64,000 nt of DNA. Source: a virus (Duplodnaviria; Caudoviricetes). A program made the translations under genes and the position numbers. The stretch's first letter is position 1, and the number at the start of each line of letters is the position of its first letter. The notes below the pieces were generated by a model. That model did no database searches. It saw nothing but the letters and a program-made list of their open reading frames with translations, and had not been told where the DNA came from. The DNA lies in the IMG/VR virus record IMGVR_UViG_2930438282_000003, positions 32,001 to 96,000 of that record; one strand, 5' to 3'. Shown one piece after another: positions 29,404 to 39,414 of this stretch.

Positions 29404-32189
29404 TGTCCGGTTGCTGCGGGCAGGGGCCCGTCATCGTTTCCGGGGCTGCCGCCACGCCCCGACTGGATGCAGAGGGCACGCTCCTCTGCGATGTGTTGTC
29501 AGACGGCACGGTGGCCGGGGTCGCGCTGGTTGAGGCCCTGTACGACACGGGGAGCGGCGAGCGTGTCGGCACGCGCACCGTGGATCCGGTCACCGGGGCC
29601 GCGTACACGGCCACGGGCACGTTGCAGCCCTGCTCGACGTCTTCGGACTGCGAGTCCCCGACCACCCCGCTTACCTCGGTCGGGCTGTGCCTGGCCGACG
29701 GCACCCCGATCGCCGTCACGGTCATCCGGGACTGCAGCGGTGCGGTGACGTCCGAGGGCTGGATCAACCTCAGCACCGGGGCATGGTCGACCGGTGCCCC
29801 GCCGGCCGGCACCGTGGGTGCCTGCCAGCCGACGCCCCAGCCGGACCGGGAAGTCGTCTGCTACCGCTCGCCAACGGCGTTCGGCGCGTGCACCAACGTG
29901 CAGATCACCGACCTGCCGCAGCCAAAGTTCGCATCCGCGTCCGTCGTCGCGAACCCGCAGAACTGGCCGGTCAATCAGGCCAACCTCGCCAGCACAATCA
30001 ACGGCAACGTGTCCGGGGCTGGCGGCCCGAACGCGCCCGAGGGGGTGATCAACTGCGACGCTTTCCAAGGGGACACGGGTGTCGTCATTGACTACCTGCT
30101 CGCGGCGCCTCGGGACAACGTCACGGCCGTCCGGTTGTGGAACTGCTTCGGCAGCGTCGTCACCGACAACGACGGCATCGGGTCTGCCACCGTCACCCTG
30201 TACGACGAGGCCGGTGCGGTCCTGTTCACGGGCCCCCTGGTTGCATGCCAGTACGTCACCAGCAGTGCGTACGCCACACCATGCGTCACCCCGGTCGGGA
30301 ACCTCGACGGTGTGGCACGTATGCGGCTGGAGAACCTGGCGAAGTTCCCGCCGTCCGTGGGGACGGTGGCGCCCGATGTCGGCTGGCGTGAGATCGACCT
30401 GTTCTCCACCTACGAGGCGACCCTGACCGTGGACTGCGGCGGCGCCCCAGTGTCCGCACTCGTCGAGGGCAAACAGCCCGGCCTCACGTACGCCGACGGC
30501 AAGCTGACCCAGGTCAACGGGCCGCACACGCTGACGTTCACGGTGCCGGGCGGCGGCACTGGCCGGATCATCACCGACAACCCAGCGGCTTTCTCCGCGC
30601 TCGACTTCGCGGACGGGTCGGTCATCACCGTGACCGGGGACGGCGCGGTCGACTTCGCCACCGAGATCGTCTCGGGCGCGGCGACGAAAAGCGGTTACGT
30701 CACGTGGGACCCGGTTAACGGCGAACCCACAGTGCGTGACGCGAACAGCGGTGAGACCATCGCGGATGCCGAGGTCGTGCCATGCGCATCGACCTGCTGC
30801 ACCGGCAGCAGCCCGGACGGGGTCACACAGCCAGAGCAGGACGTGATCCAGCTCTGCGACACCGCCACAGACGGCACCGTGACCTCCTTCGTACGGGACT
30901 ACGCCCGTGACGAGTCCGGGGCCATCGTCGGTCACAGTGACTACGACCTGGACGGCACGGCCTACACCCCAGCCGGAACCGTCGGCATCTGCGGCGGGGA
31001 CTGCTGCGAGCCCGTCCAAGTCTGCGTCCAGGCCACCGCCACGGAGACGATCGAGTTCATCTCCAACGAGGCGCAGGTCGATGACGACAGCATCGACACG
31101 GTATGGACGTGGACCAACGACGGCGACGCCAGCGGTCCTGCCGCGGCGGCGACCTGGTACCAGATGTACCGGGCCCGCTACGGGTTCAACCCGGCCGCCT
31201 GGTCGGTGGTCGACTCCGCGCCGACCCGTAAGGCCGGCTGGATCTCCCCCCATCCCAACGGCGCCACGACCAGCACCGGAGCACCTGGCGAGGGCCCCAC
31301 GCTGAGCGGCACGCCCGCCAACCCGATGCGCTGGTGGGCGAAGGCGGCGTTCAGCCTGCCCGCCGCGGCAGACCCGGACTCGATCCGCGTACAGATCACC
31401 GTCCTCAACGCCGACCAGATCGCCTCCAGGTTCCGGCTCAACAGCGGCGCGTGGACGGCCCTCCCGGGCTCGGCCACCTACAACGGCACCCCGTACACGT
31501 TCGGTCCGGGCATCGTCGCCGGGGCACAACCGGGAACCAACACCCTGATCTTCGAGGTGCTGGAGACCGTCGACGACAACCCGGGCAACGGTGCCGGGGT
31601 GATGGCGCACTTCATCGTCACTTACGACGTGCCCGGCCTCGGGCAGCGGTCATGGACCCGGATGATGTGCTGTGACGGGTCGATCTACTACATCGACGAG
31701 TTCGGGGAGCGGCGGGACGAACTACCGCTGTCGTCGGCGGTCGTGCCCTGCGGCAGCGCTGCGGAGCCGTTGACGCTGTGCGACGACAATGGCGCCTTCC
31801 TGCGCCACGTGTCCTACGTCGGGGACCAGGTCCTCACCATGGACACCGACCTGAACGGGTCGGCGTACGAGGCGACAGGCCGTGTCGGCAACTGTGCGAC
31901 GGACGGCAGTAGCGCTCGCGGGCCCGTCGACACCGGCATCCGCTCCGTCACCGGCACGACAGTCGAGGACCTCACCGCGGAGTTCCCGGACTTGCAGAGC
32001 GTCAGCCTGGCTGTCCTCGCAGACACGGTCGACGTGACCATGAGTGACGGGACGAGCGTGCCGATCCCGGCCGGTGTCACGCTCACCTGGTCCGTCTCGA
32101 AGGACACCGACAGCGCACTCGCCGCGGCCTCCTTCGCCGGGGCCGACTCCTCCGCCTCCTACCTCCTGAACTGGACGTACCTGTCATGA
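29403..32189 (+). CDS. Cys-rich modular repeat protein, paralog of the preceding gene
   Basis: TAATG overlap, starts MSGCCGQG. Shares the blocks GLCLADGTPIAV..RDC and QLCDTAxDGTVTxFVRDYARDE with 23773..29403. Confidence 0.8.
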   Translation: MSGCCGQGPVIVSGAAATPRLDAEGTLLCDVLSDGTVAGVALVEALYDTGSGERVGTRTVDPVTGAAYTATGTLQPCSTSSDCESPTTPLTSVGLCLADGTPIAVTVIRDCSGAVTSEGWINLSTGAWSTGAPPAGTVGACQPTPQPDREVVCYRSPTAFGACTNVQITDLPQPKFASASVVANPQNWPVNQANLASTINGNVSGAGGPNAPEGVINCDAFQGDTGVVIDYLLAAPRDNVTAVRLWNCFGSVVTDNDGIGSATVTLYDEAGAVLFTGPLVACQYVTSSAYATPCVTPVGNLDGVARMRLENLAKFPPSVGTVAPDVGWREIDLFSTYEATLTVDCGGAPVSALVEGKQPGLTYADGKLTQVNGPHTLTFTVPGGGTGRIITDNPAAFSALDFADGSVITVTGDGAVDFATEIVSGAATKSGYVTWDPVNGEPTVRDANSGETIADAEVVPCASTCCTGSSPDGVTQPEQDVIQLCDTATDGTVTSFVRDYARDESGAIVGHSDYDLDGTAYTPAGTVGICGGDCCEPVQVCVQATATETIEFISNEAQVDDDSIDTVWTWTNDGDASGPAAAATWYQMYRARYGFNPAAWSVVDSAPTRKAGWISPHPNGATTSTGAPGEGPTLSGTPANPMRWWAKAAFSLPAAADPDSIRVQITVLNADQIASRFRLNSGAWTALPGSATYNGTPYTFGPGIVAGAQPGTNTLIFEVLETVDDNPGNGAGVMAHFIVTYDVPGLGQRSWTRMMCCDGSIYYIDEFGERRDELPLSSAVVPCGSAAEPLTLCDDNGAFLRHVSYVGDQVLTMDTDLNGSAYEATGRVGNCATDGSSARGPVDTGIRSVTGTTVEDLTAEFPDLQSVSLAVLADTVDVTMSDGTSVPIPAGVTLTWSVSKDTDSALAAASFAGADSSASYLLNWTYLS

Positions 32190-32860
32190 GTGGAACCAAC
32201 GCCGGACTCGGCTCGGCAGCGGGCAGCGCCGCCGTCACGATCGACCCCCAGTCGTGCAACGCCCTCACGCAGGGGCCCAACGGCCTCCTCGTGCCCGCTA
32301 CCGCCGTGGAGGGGGTCGCCCCGGGCACAGCGGTCGGAACCGGCCGTTCCGTCGATGTGGACGTGACCGCGCCGGCCGCCGGGGACTGCCCGCAGGAGTG
32401 GCAGGTCGGGGCCCGCCTCACCCCTGCGTTCGGAGAGGAGTTCCTGCCCTCCTTCGTGGACCTCGTCGCCACGGCAAGCGGGGACTGGATCAACACCGGA
32501 CTGTCGGTTGTCCTCCCGGAGGCGGGTGTCTACGAGGTCACAGCCGCCGTGCACACGGTGATCACGACCAACCCGACGAGCGGCTCCTTCAGCATCGGCA
32601 TCGTGGCCCGCCTGTTCGACGTGACGGCTGGCGGCCCCATCGCGGACACGCTGTACACGATCCAGCAGAACGCCAACAACAACCCCACGAGCGCCGTCGC
32701 CGACTCCGACATGGGCACCTTCCAGAAGTTCGTCCAGGTCGTCGGGGCTACGACAGTGCGTCTGGAGGCTGCGCGGATCGACGGCTCCGGGACTCCCATC
32801 GCCACCACGGGCGTCCAAGTCCAGACCACCCGTTTGGCCTTCAAGAAGATCGCCGACTAG
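32186..32860 (+). CDS. Putative fibre-tip (C1q/TNF-like beta-sandwich) protein
   Basis: 224 aa, ATGA overlap; NALTQGPNGLLVP neck-like motif, then VVLPEAGVYEVTAAV-type strands. Confidence 0.6.
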   Translation: MSGTNAGLGSAAGSAAVTIDPQSCNALTQGPNGLLVPATAVEGVAPGTAVGTGRSVDVDVTAPAAGDCPQEWQVGARLTPAFGEEFLPSFVDLVATASGDWINTGLSVVLPEAGVYEVTAAVHTVITTNPTSGSFSIGIVARLFDVTAGGPIADTLYTIQQNANNNPTSAVADSDMGTFQKFVQVVGATTVRLEAARIDGSGTPIATTGVQVQTTRLAFKKIAD

Positions 32861-32903
32861 CGCGGACCACCCTGCCTCACCCCACGCCGCCCGAGGAGGG
32901 CTC

Positions 32904-33388
32904 ATGTCCGGTACCAGCGGGAGCGTTTCAGCAGCGGCTACGGCCCCGACGCCGAGTACGAGATCCTGTGCGACGTCGCTGCCAGCGGTGTCAGCACGCC
33001 GTTCCTCCGCCACTACACCACCGGCGGATCCGGCGCCCCGTCCGTGTCGGACACAGCCCTCGACGGCACCACGCCGTACACCGCGACCGGCACGGTCGTC
33101 AGGTGCGGCACGAGCCCGAATCCGGCGATCGACAGCAAGGCCGCCCGGCAGACCGGGGCGGGCACGGTCACGATCGCGGCCGGGGCCCGCTCGGTGACTC
33201 TGCTCGTGTTCGCCGGCGCTCCCACCGTGGCGATCGGCGGCGACCCGGCCGTGCCGTTCCCTGCGGGCTCCTCGGGCACCTGGTCCGTGGACCAGGGCGG
33301 CAAGTCGGGCGAGCAGCTCGCGGACGCGTTCGTGTTCACGGGGGTCGCCGGGTCGGACTTCCTCGTCCTGTCGACGCGCGAGATCTGA
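32904..33388 (+). pseudogene. Short LCD-repeat protein, frameshifted near 32944-32947
   Basis: Strong GAGGAGG + ATG at 32904 (MSGTSGSVSAAATA) is out of frame with PDAEYEILCDV...PFLRHY...LDGTTPYT, which runs to 33388. Adding one C to the C4 run restores a single ORF. Confidence 0.65.
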
Positions 33389-33391
33389 CCA

Positions 33392-33697
33392 GTGCCGACC
33401 CGAGCCGACTACACCCCGCCGACGACCCGCCTGGAGCGGGCCACCGGCGTGACGGACGGCTCGGGCAACGTCACCTTCACCTGGCCGGCCGGGGCGTTCT
33501 CGGCGCCGCCCGTCGTCACGATCGGCGTGCAGGGCACGAGCGTGTTCCGCTCGCACTCCATCACCGCCAACACCGCGACGGCGACCACGGTCAACGTGCT
33601 CGCGGCGGCCGGGGTCACGCTCCTCGGCATCGGCGTCCTGGCCGTCGGGGCGCCCGCGTCTGGGGTCACCGTCCACGCCCACGCCGCCGCCCCCTGA
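33392..33697 (+). CDS. Small beta-rich structural protein
   Basis: TDGSGNVTFTWPAGAFSAPPVVT motif, similar to TGEDGRARWKFPTPYAAPPVLT in 53444..53887. Confidence 0.65.
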   Translation: MPTRADYTPPTTRLERATGVTDGSGNVTFTWPAGAFSAPPVVTIGVQGTSVFRSHSITANTATATTVNVLAAAGVTLLGIGVLAVGAPASGVTVHAHAAAP

Positions 33698-33719
33698 CAA
33701 CACAGCAAGACTTCACGAC

Positions 33720-33768
33720 GCCGCTGGTTATGGGCCGGGCGACCCCCTTCACCACAAGGAGCCTGCTC
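33720..33768 (+). promoter_or_regulatory. Conserved leader copy 2
   Basis: GCCGCTGGTTATGGGCCGGGC 33720-33740; CCTT/AAGG and GGGC/GCTC pairing covers the AAGGAG RBS; only a weak -10 (AAGACT 33707). Confidence 0.85.
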
Positions 33769-36657
33769 ATGGCTGCATGCTGCGGAGCACCGCGCTGCAA
33801 CTGCCGCGTCACCGCCGGCCCGGGCGTCACCGTGGACGGCAACGGTTCCGCGGCGACCCCGTACGTCATCTCTGCCGACTCAACAACACCGACTGCGGTC
33901 CAGGCCGCCGACACCGCGACCGTGGACACCACCGTCGCAGGGAGCGGAACGACGGCCGATCCGTACATCGTCAGCTCGGACGTCATCCTCGACCCTGCGC
34001 CGCCCGGAGGCGGCAGCAACCTCCTCCAGCCCGGCGCGGACGGCCTGTACGTCGAGTGCGCTGACGTCCGGACGTGCTTCTCGGCCGGGGACGGCGCCAC
34101 CTACGACCCGGCCACCGGGGAGTTCGCAGCCCGTCCCTCGACGGATGCCGGGAACCTCGTCACCTTCGGCACCGACGGCGGACTCCTGGCGACCGCCACG
34201 GCTGCCGACCCGACCGCGGTCGACGGAGGGGACACCCCGACCGCGCACACCAGCGTGACCGGCACCGGCACAGCCGGGGACCCGTACGTCGTCACCACAG
34301 ACGTCGTCCTGGACCCTGCCCCACCCGGTGGGGGAAGCAACCTCGCGCATGCCGGGGCTGACGGCCTGTACGTCGAGTGCGCCGACGTCCGGTCCTGCCT
34401 GTCCGCCGGGGACGGCATCACCTACGACCCCGCGACCGGTGAGATCGCCGCGAACATCTCCGGCGACGCCGACAACACCACGGTGATCGGCACAGACGGC
34501 GGGATCTACACCCCTGCCGCCTCGACCGCCGTCCAGGCAGGCGACACCGACACGGTCGACGTCACCGTGGAGGGCACCGGCACCGCGGCCGACCCGTACG
34601 TGGTCAGCTCCGACGTCAAGCTCGACTCCAACCCGCCGCAGGGCGGCACGAACCTGATCGGCTCCGGTCCCGACGGCCTGTTCGTCGAGTGCGCCGATGT
34701 CCGGACGTGCTTTACGGCTGGCGACGGCGCCACCTACGACCCAGTCACAGGGGAGATCGGCGCACACGTCTCCACCGACTCGGGTAACCAGGTCACGATC
34801 GGCAGCGACGGCGGCCTCTACGCGGCAGGCGGAGGAGGTGGCACGACCACCGTTGTCACGGCCGGGGACACCCCGACGGCGAACAACACCGTGAGCGGCA
34901 CCGGCACCTCCGGGGACCCGTACGTCGTCAGTACGGACGTCGTCCTGGACTCGGCCCCGCCCGGCGGTGGCTCCAACCTGCTGCAGTCCGGTACCGAGGG
35001 CCTGTTCGTGGAGTGCGCGGACGTCCGGACGTGCTTCACAGCTGGCGACGGCGCCACCTACGACCCGTCGACCGGCGAGATCGGCGCGAACATTTCCGGC
35101 GACACCGGCAACACCACGGTGATCGGGACGGACGGCGGGATCTACACCCCAGCCGCCGCGACGGTACTCGAGGCCGCCGACACTCCGACCGTCGACGTCA
35201 CTGTGAGCGGCACGGGCAGCACCGCTGACCCGTACCAGGTGGCCGCTGCCGTCATCCTCGACCCGACGCCTCCGCAGGGCGGCACGAACCTTCTGCAGGC
35301 GGGCCCCGAGGGGCTGTTCGTGGAATGCGCCGACGTGCGCGGCTGCCTCACGGCGGTGGACGGCATCGCCTACGACCCTGCCACCGGGGAAATCGAGGCG
35401 CGCCCGTCGACCGATGCAGGCAACATCGTCACCTTCGGGACGGACGGCGGCCTCTACGCCACTGGGGGAGGCGGGACGGCCACGGTCGTGCAGGCCGGAG
35501 ACACCCCGACGGCGAACAACACCGTGAGCGGCACCGGCACCTCTGGGGACCCGTACGTCGTCAGCACGGACGTCGTCCTGGACCCCGCCCCACCCGGCGG
35601 TGGCTCCAACCTGCTGCAGTCCGGTGCCGACGGCCTGTTCGTGGAATGTGCCGACGTGCGCAGCTGCCTCACAGCCGGGATCGGCATCACCTACGACCCG
35701 GCCACCGGCGAGATCGCCGCGAACATCTCGACCGATGCCGGGAACACCACGGTGATCGGCACGGACGGCGGCCTCTACACCCCGGCCGGCTCAACTGCCC
35801 TCGTGTCCGCCGACACGAGCACCATCGACACCACCATCACCGGCAATGGCACGGCCGGGGACCCGTACACGATCGAGGCCGACGTGATCGTGGCGCCGGA
35901 CCCGAACGGCGTGGAGGTGGCCGCGAACGGCCTCCTCGTCGCCCCGTCGGCCGACGCCGGTAACCAGCTCGCGTTCGGCGCCGACGGCCGCCTGTTCGTC
36001 CCGGAGGACCCGCCGCTGGAGATCGGCTGCGGTCTCCAGGGCGACGGCACGGCTGCTGCCCCGCTCGCCGCGTTCCCGATCGCCGGGCTGACCGCGTGGG
36101 CAGACAGCTGGGCCTGCACCGACACCGACCACTCCACGCTCAAGTGCGACCCCGACACGGGCGCCCTGTGGACGCCGCCAGAGCACTTCTCGGCCGCCGA
36201 CCACCTGTACCAAGAGCACATGAACCCGGTCGTGGCCAACCAGGGCCCGACGGGAGGCTGGGCGTTCCTCCAGCCGGGCGGCGCCGCCGCGGTCCTCTCG
36301 TTCAACGTGCCGGGCAACTTCCTGGGCAACCAGTGCCGCAAGTGGTCCTACTCGTCGCACTGCCACGGCTCCATCGACATCAGCTACAGCTCCACGGCGA
36401 CGTTCCAGGTCGGCTACATCTACCAGGAGAACGGCGCCGCGCTGCAGATCCGCCCCCTGTGGGGCATCCTCACGGCGGCCGGATCTGCCCGCCGAGAGCG
36501 GTACTCGGGCAGCACCGCCGAGACCGCCTTCGACGTTCTCCCGGCCAACGGCGTCACCCTGAACTACTTCGCAGCGATCAACGTCACCGCCGGGACGATC
36601 ACGATCAACAGCTGGACGTCCGACGGCACGATCCACACCACCACGCAGTCCAGCTAG
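33769..36657 (+). CDS. Fibre-like protein with six tandem repeats of about 105 aa
   Basis: ATG 33769 after AAGGAG, starts MAACCGAPRCNC. Six copies of GxGTxxDPYVVSxDVxLD..GGxNLL..G.DGL(Y/F)VECADVRxC..GDGxTYDPxTGEI; unique C-terminal domain. Confidence 0.85.
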   Translation: MAACCGAPRCNCRVTAGPGVTVDGNGSAATPYVISADSTTPTAVQAADTATVDTTVAGSGTTADPYIVSSDVILDPAPPGGGSNLLQPGADGLYVECADVRTCFSAGDGATYDPATGEFAARPSTDAGNLVTFGTDGGLLATATAADPTAVDGGDTPTAHTSVTGTGTAGDPYVVTTDVVLDPAPPGGGSNLAHAGADGLYVECADVRSCLSAGDGITYDPATGEIAANISGDADNTTVIGTDGGIYTPAASTAVQAGDTDTVDVTVEGTGTAADPYVVSSDVKLDSNPPQGGTNLIGSGPDGLFVECADVRTCFTAGDGATYDPVTGEIGAHVSTDSGNQVTIGSDGGLYAAGGGGGTTTVVTAGDTPTANNTVSGTGTSGDPYVVSTDVVLDSAPPGGGSNLLQSGTEGLFVECADVRTCFTAGDGATYDPSTGEIGANISGDTGNTTVIGTDGGIYTPAAATVLEAADTPTVDVTVSGTGSTADPYQVAAAVILDPTPPQGGTNLLQAGPEGLFVECADVRGCLTAVDGIAYDPATGEIEARPSTDAGNIVTFGTDGGLYATGGGGTATVVQAGDTPTANNTVSGTGTSGDPYVVSTDVVLDPAPPGGGSNLLQSGADGLFVECADVRSCLTAGIGITYDPATGEIAANISTDAGNTTVIGTDGGLYTPAGSTALVSADTSTIDTTITGNGTAGDPYTIEADVIVAPDPNGVEVAANGLLVAPSADAGNQLAFGADGRLFVPEDPPLEIGCGLQGDGTAAAPLAAFPIAGLTAWADSWACTDTDHSTLKCDPDTGALWTPPEHFSAADHLYQEHMNPVVANQGPTGGWAFLQPGGAAAVLSFNVPGNFLGNQCRKWSYSSHCHGSIDISYSSTATFQVGYIYQENGAALQIRPLWGILTAAGSARRERYSGSTAETAFDVLPANGVTLNYFAAINVTAGTITINSWTSDGTIHTTTQSS

Positions 36658-36670
36658 GGAGGACACCCCC

Positions 36671-36943
36671 ATGCCGCGCTACTACGTTTCCCCCGACGGT
36701 GGTTCCTTCCTCACCGCCTCTGGTGGCCCGTTCTCCACGCCACCCGAGGGCTGGTCGGAGATCACGCCCGAGGACTACGAGACCCGCATCGAGGCCGCCC
36801 GCCAGGAGGCAGAGGCACGTTCGGCCGAGTTCCTCGCCAACGACGGAGCCCTGCCGTCGCAGGACGGCGAGGAGCGGCCACCGTCTGTCGCCCCGATTTC
36901 CGAACTGCGCAAGCTGCTCGACGAGGCCAAAGCTGGAAGGTAG
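36671..36943 (+). CDS. Small protein downstream of the fibre (possible fibre chaperone)
   Basis: GGAGG RBS; RYYVSPDG...EITPEDYE, similar to HWVVYEDG...LITEGEYN in 58272..58637. Confidence 0.7.
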   Translation: MPRYYVSPDGGSFLTASGGPFSTPPEGWSEITPEDYETRIEAARQEAEARSAEFLANDGALPSQDGEERPPSVAPISELRKLLDEAKAGR

Positions 36944-37052
36944 CAAGTCCACTTCGTTGCCTGTACGTGATTGACCTTTGGTCAGTTCGGTGTGCAGGCT
37001 AAGCCGCCCCCTCCACATCTTCCCATTCGCATCTCGAAGATGGACCTACCCC

Positions 37053-37745
37053 ATGCGTAACCTCATCCGCGCCGGCGCGCTGACCGCCGGCGTTTCGACC
37101 GCACTGCTCCTCGGGCCGGTCGCGCACGCCACCGCTCCCGGGGACAACGGGACGGTGAAGATCCACGACGCCAAGACCGGCGAAGAGCTGCGCCGCAACG
37201 AGCCGCACGTCTGCACGTTCTACCTCGACGCCTTCGGTTTCGACGCGGTCCAGGAGGTCGACTGGCACATCGAAACCTGGGCGCCGACCGCTGCCACCAA
37301 GGGCGACACCGTGAAGTCCGGGGCCATCACCCTGGATGGCAAGGGCCACGGCCGTACGGCGGACCTGTCGCTGCCCGACGGTCACTACAAGCTGTTCTGG
37401 AACTTCAACGGCGAGAACGGGGACGCCAAGCAGAAGGTGTTCTGGACCGACTGCAAGGGCTCCGAGGGCGGTGGTGGCGGCACGACACCGACCACCCCGG
37501 GGTCGCCCTCCTCGTCGGAGTCAACCTCTCCGTCCGGTTCTTCGGGTGCGACCGACGAGCCAAGCGCCTCCTCGAGTGGCGAAGCGGCCCCAACAGCCGC
37601 TGCCCCTCCGTCCCCGCAGGGCGGCGGTGATCTGGCCGAGACCGGTAGCAGCGCCCCGGTAGGCCTGCTGTCGGGCGTCGCGGCGGCGCTAGTGGCCGCG
37701 GGCGGTTACATGGTGCTGCGGCGTCGCAAGGCCTCCCGAAGCTGA
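37053..37745 (+). CDS. Sortase-anchored (LAETG) secreted surface protein
   Basis: Signal peptide, Ser/Pro linker, LAETG followed by a TM helix and RRRK tail. Confidence 0.85.
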   Translation: MRNLIRAGALTAGVSTALLLGPVAHATAPGDNGTVKIHDAKTGEELRRNEPHVCTFYLDAFGFDAVQEVDWHIETWAPTAATKGDTVKSGAITLDGKGHGRTADLSLPDGHYKLFWNFNGENGDAKQKVFWTDCKGSEGGGGGTTPTTPGSPSSSESTSPSGSSGATDEPSASSSGEAAPTAAAPPSPQGGGDLAETGSSAPVGLLSGVAAALVAAGGYMVLRRRKASRS

Positions 37746-37778
37746 GTCACGTCCTACGTGAAGGTCCTTTGACGTGCT

Positions 37779-37815
37779 GCCAGGACATTCAGCGCGGTCG
37801 GCTGAATGTCCCGGC
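37779..37815. terminator. Bidirectional terminator hairpin between convergent genes
   Basis: GCCAGGACATTCAGC-7 nt-GCTGAATGTCCCGGC. Confidence 0.7.
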
Positions 37816-37826
37816 GGTCAGCACGG

Positions 37827-38342
37827 TCAGCCGATTCCGGTGACCTGCAGGGCCGTCGTCCAGTTGCTCTTGATGGCACTGCGGGCAGCGGACAGGGTGA
37901 CGGTGCCGGCGCAGACGGCGTTCTTCAGCTTCGTCTCCACGCCGTCCTTGGAGTAAGCGGTCTGGGAGCCGGAGTACGGCTCGGGCCACAGGTTCCCGGT
38001 GGCACGAGGCGCGCCGCCGAGTTCCAGGGGGACGAGGTGGTCTTCCTCGTAGTCCGCCATGTTGGTGTCGGAGTAGCCGTAGTCAATGATGCCCTGGGCC
38101 TTGAGAGGGTTGGTGTAAGACGTCGGGGGGCGCACGGTGGCGGTCCAGCCGGACACGCAGATGGTGCTGTGGATGTTCGACTGGGTGACGTCCGGGTTGT
38201 AGGCGCCGGGCGTGCAGGAAGAGTCGGGCAGCGGCAGACGGGCGTGGGAGCAGGTCGAGGCCTGGGCGGTTCCGGCCGTGGCGGTGATCAGACCGGCGGC
38301 TCCGAGAGCCAGGACGCTGATGGTGGCGGTGAAGCGACGCAT
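37827..38342 (-). CDS. Secreted HNH-type nuclease-like protein
   Basis: Signal peptide; YEEDHLVPLELGGA...NLWPEP...KDGVE. Confidence 0.75.
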   Translation of the reverse strand: MRRFTATISVLALGAAGLITATAGTAQASTCSHARLPLPDSSCTPGAYNPDVTQSNIHSTICVSGWTATVRPPTSYTNPLKAQGIIDYGYSDTNMADYEEDHLVPLELGGAPRATGNLWPEPYSGSQTAYSKDGVETKLKNAVCAGTVTLSAARSAIKSNWTTALQVTGIG

Positions 38343-38615
38343 AGGGGTTCTCCCGCAGGGTCGGCCCGGACAGTGGGGCGCCGGGCGGCTGACGGCATGA
38401 CACCACTACCCCGGTCTATGCGAGTAGACCCGGCGGGTGAATAACAGGCGACCTGCGCAATCCTTACCCCTGCCTGACCAAGGCTTTCCGAAGTGCCCTG
38501 TTTCGCCGACGAGTTGTGCAGCATTTCAACGGCCGAGAATGAATGCGGCCCTGGTTGCGACGGTCGGCGGCGAACCGTTGCATCTGAGCTCGACAAACTT
38601 CCCCAGATGCGACAC

Positions 38616-38718
38616 TAGAATCCGTACTAGGTAAGCCGCTGGTTCTGGGCCGGGCTCCCCACCACGTTTCACGCTGCTGGTTGTGGGCCGAGGCGACACC
38701 TTGGTGTTGGAGGGCCCC
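38616..38718 (+). promoter_or_regulatory. Conserved leader, tandem copies 3 and 4 (before major tail gene)
   Basis: TAGAAT 38616; GCCGCTGGTTCTGGGCCGGGC 38635-38655; GCTGCTGGTTGTGGGCCGAGG from 38673; hairpin GGGCC..CGACACC/GGTGTTG..GGCCC encloses the GGAGG RBS. Confidence 0.88.
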
Positions 38719-39414
38719 ATGAGCTGTCCCCTGATCAGCAACCTGGACACCGTCCGCGTGACCCGGCTGGACTCTTGCGGTCGCCCGGTCTGCGGCGAGG
38801 ACAACGGCTTCGTCTTCGACTGCCTGGCGTCCATCGCGATGAACCCCAATGTCGACGAGGGCGACGACATCTCGTACAAGGCCGCCAACGGGCGGCAGTG
38901 CGGGTTCCGCAAGGGCTGCCCGACGTTCAACGGCTACGACCTGGAGATCAACTTCTTTTCGGTGTCGCCCGAGTTCATTGAGATCACGACCGGCAACCCG
39001 GTCGTGTTCGGCTTCGACGGCAAGCCGATCGGCTACGACGACTGCTCCGTGCAGTGCCGCACCGGTTTCGCCCTGGAGTTCTGGGCGGACGCCCTCGGCG
39101 AGGACGTCTGTGAGGCCGAAGGCACCGGCGGGGCCTGGCTGTATTACCTGATCCCCTGGGTGACCAACGGCCTGCTCGGCGACCTGGAGATCGGCAGCGA
39201 GGCCGTCACGCTCCAGCTGACCGGTGCCAGCCGCTCCGGTGGCGGCTGGGGCACGGGCCCGTACGACGTGATGCCGACCGACATGGCCGGAACCCCCGGC
39301 AAGATGCTCACCCCGGTCGGATCGTCCTGCCACCGACGCTACTTCCTCACGTCGGTACCGCCGCCCGAGCCGGTCTGCGACTACACGCCGGTTCTCTGCT
39401 CGACATCGCCGTGA
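38719..39414 (+). CDS. Major tail protein
   Basis: ATG 38719. VRVTRLDSCG, KAANGRQC, FALEFW and GWGTGPYDV motifs of cluster-B-like tail tube proteins. Confidence 0.8.
   Translation: MSCPLISNLDTVRVTRLDSCGRPVCGEDNGFVFDCLASIAMNPNVDEGDDISYKAANGRQCGFRKGCPTFNGYDLEINFFSVSPEFIEITTGNPVVFGFDGKPIGYDDCSVQCRTGFALEFWADALGEDVCEAEGTGGAWLYYLIPWVTNGLLGDLEIGSEAVTLQLTGASRSGGGWGTGPYDVMPTDMAGTPGKMLTPVGSSCHRRYFLTSVPPPEPVCDYTPVLCSTSP

Noticed and set aside
32254-33768. N-terminal 505 aa of the 1467-aa ORF in the track
   Set aside because: Off-frame read-through over real genes; the RBS and leader place the start at 33769.
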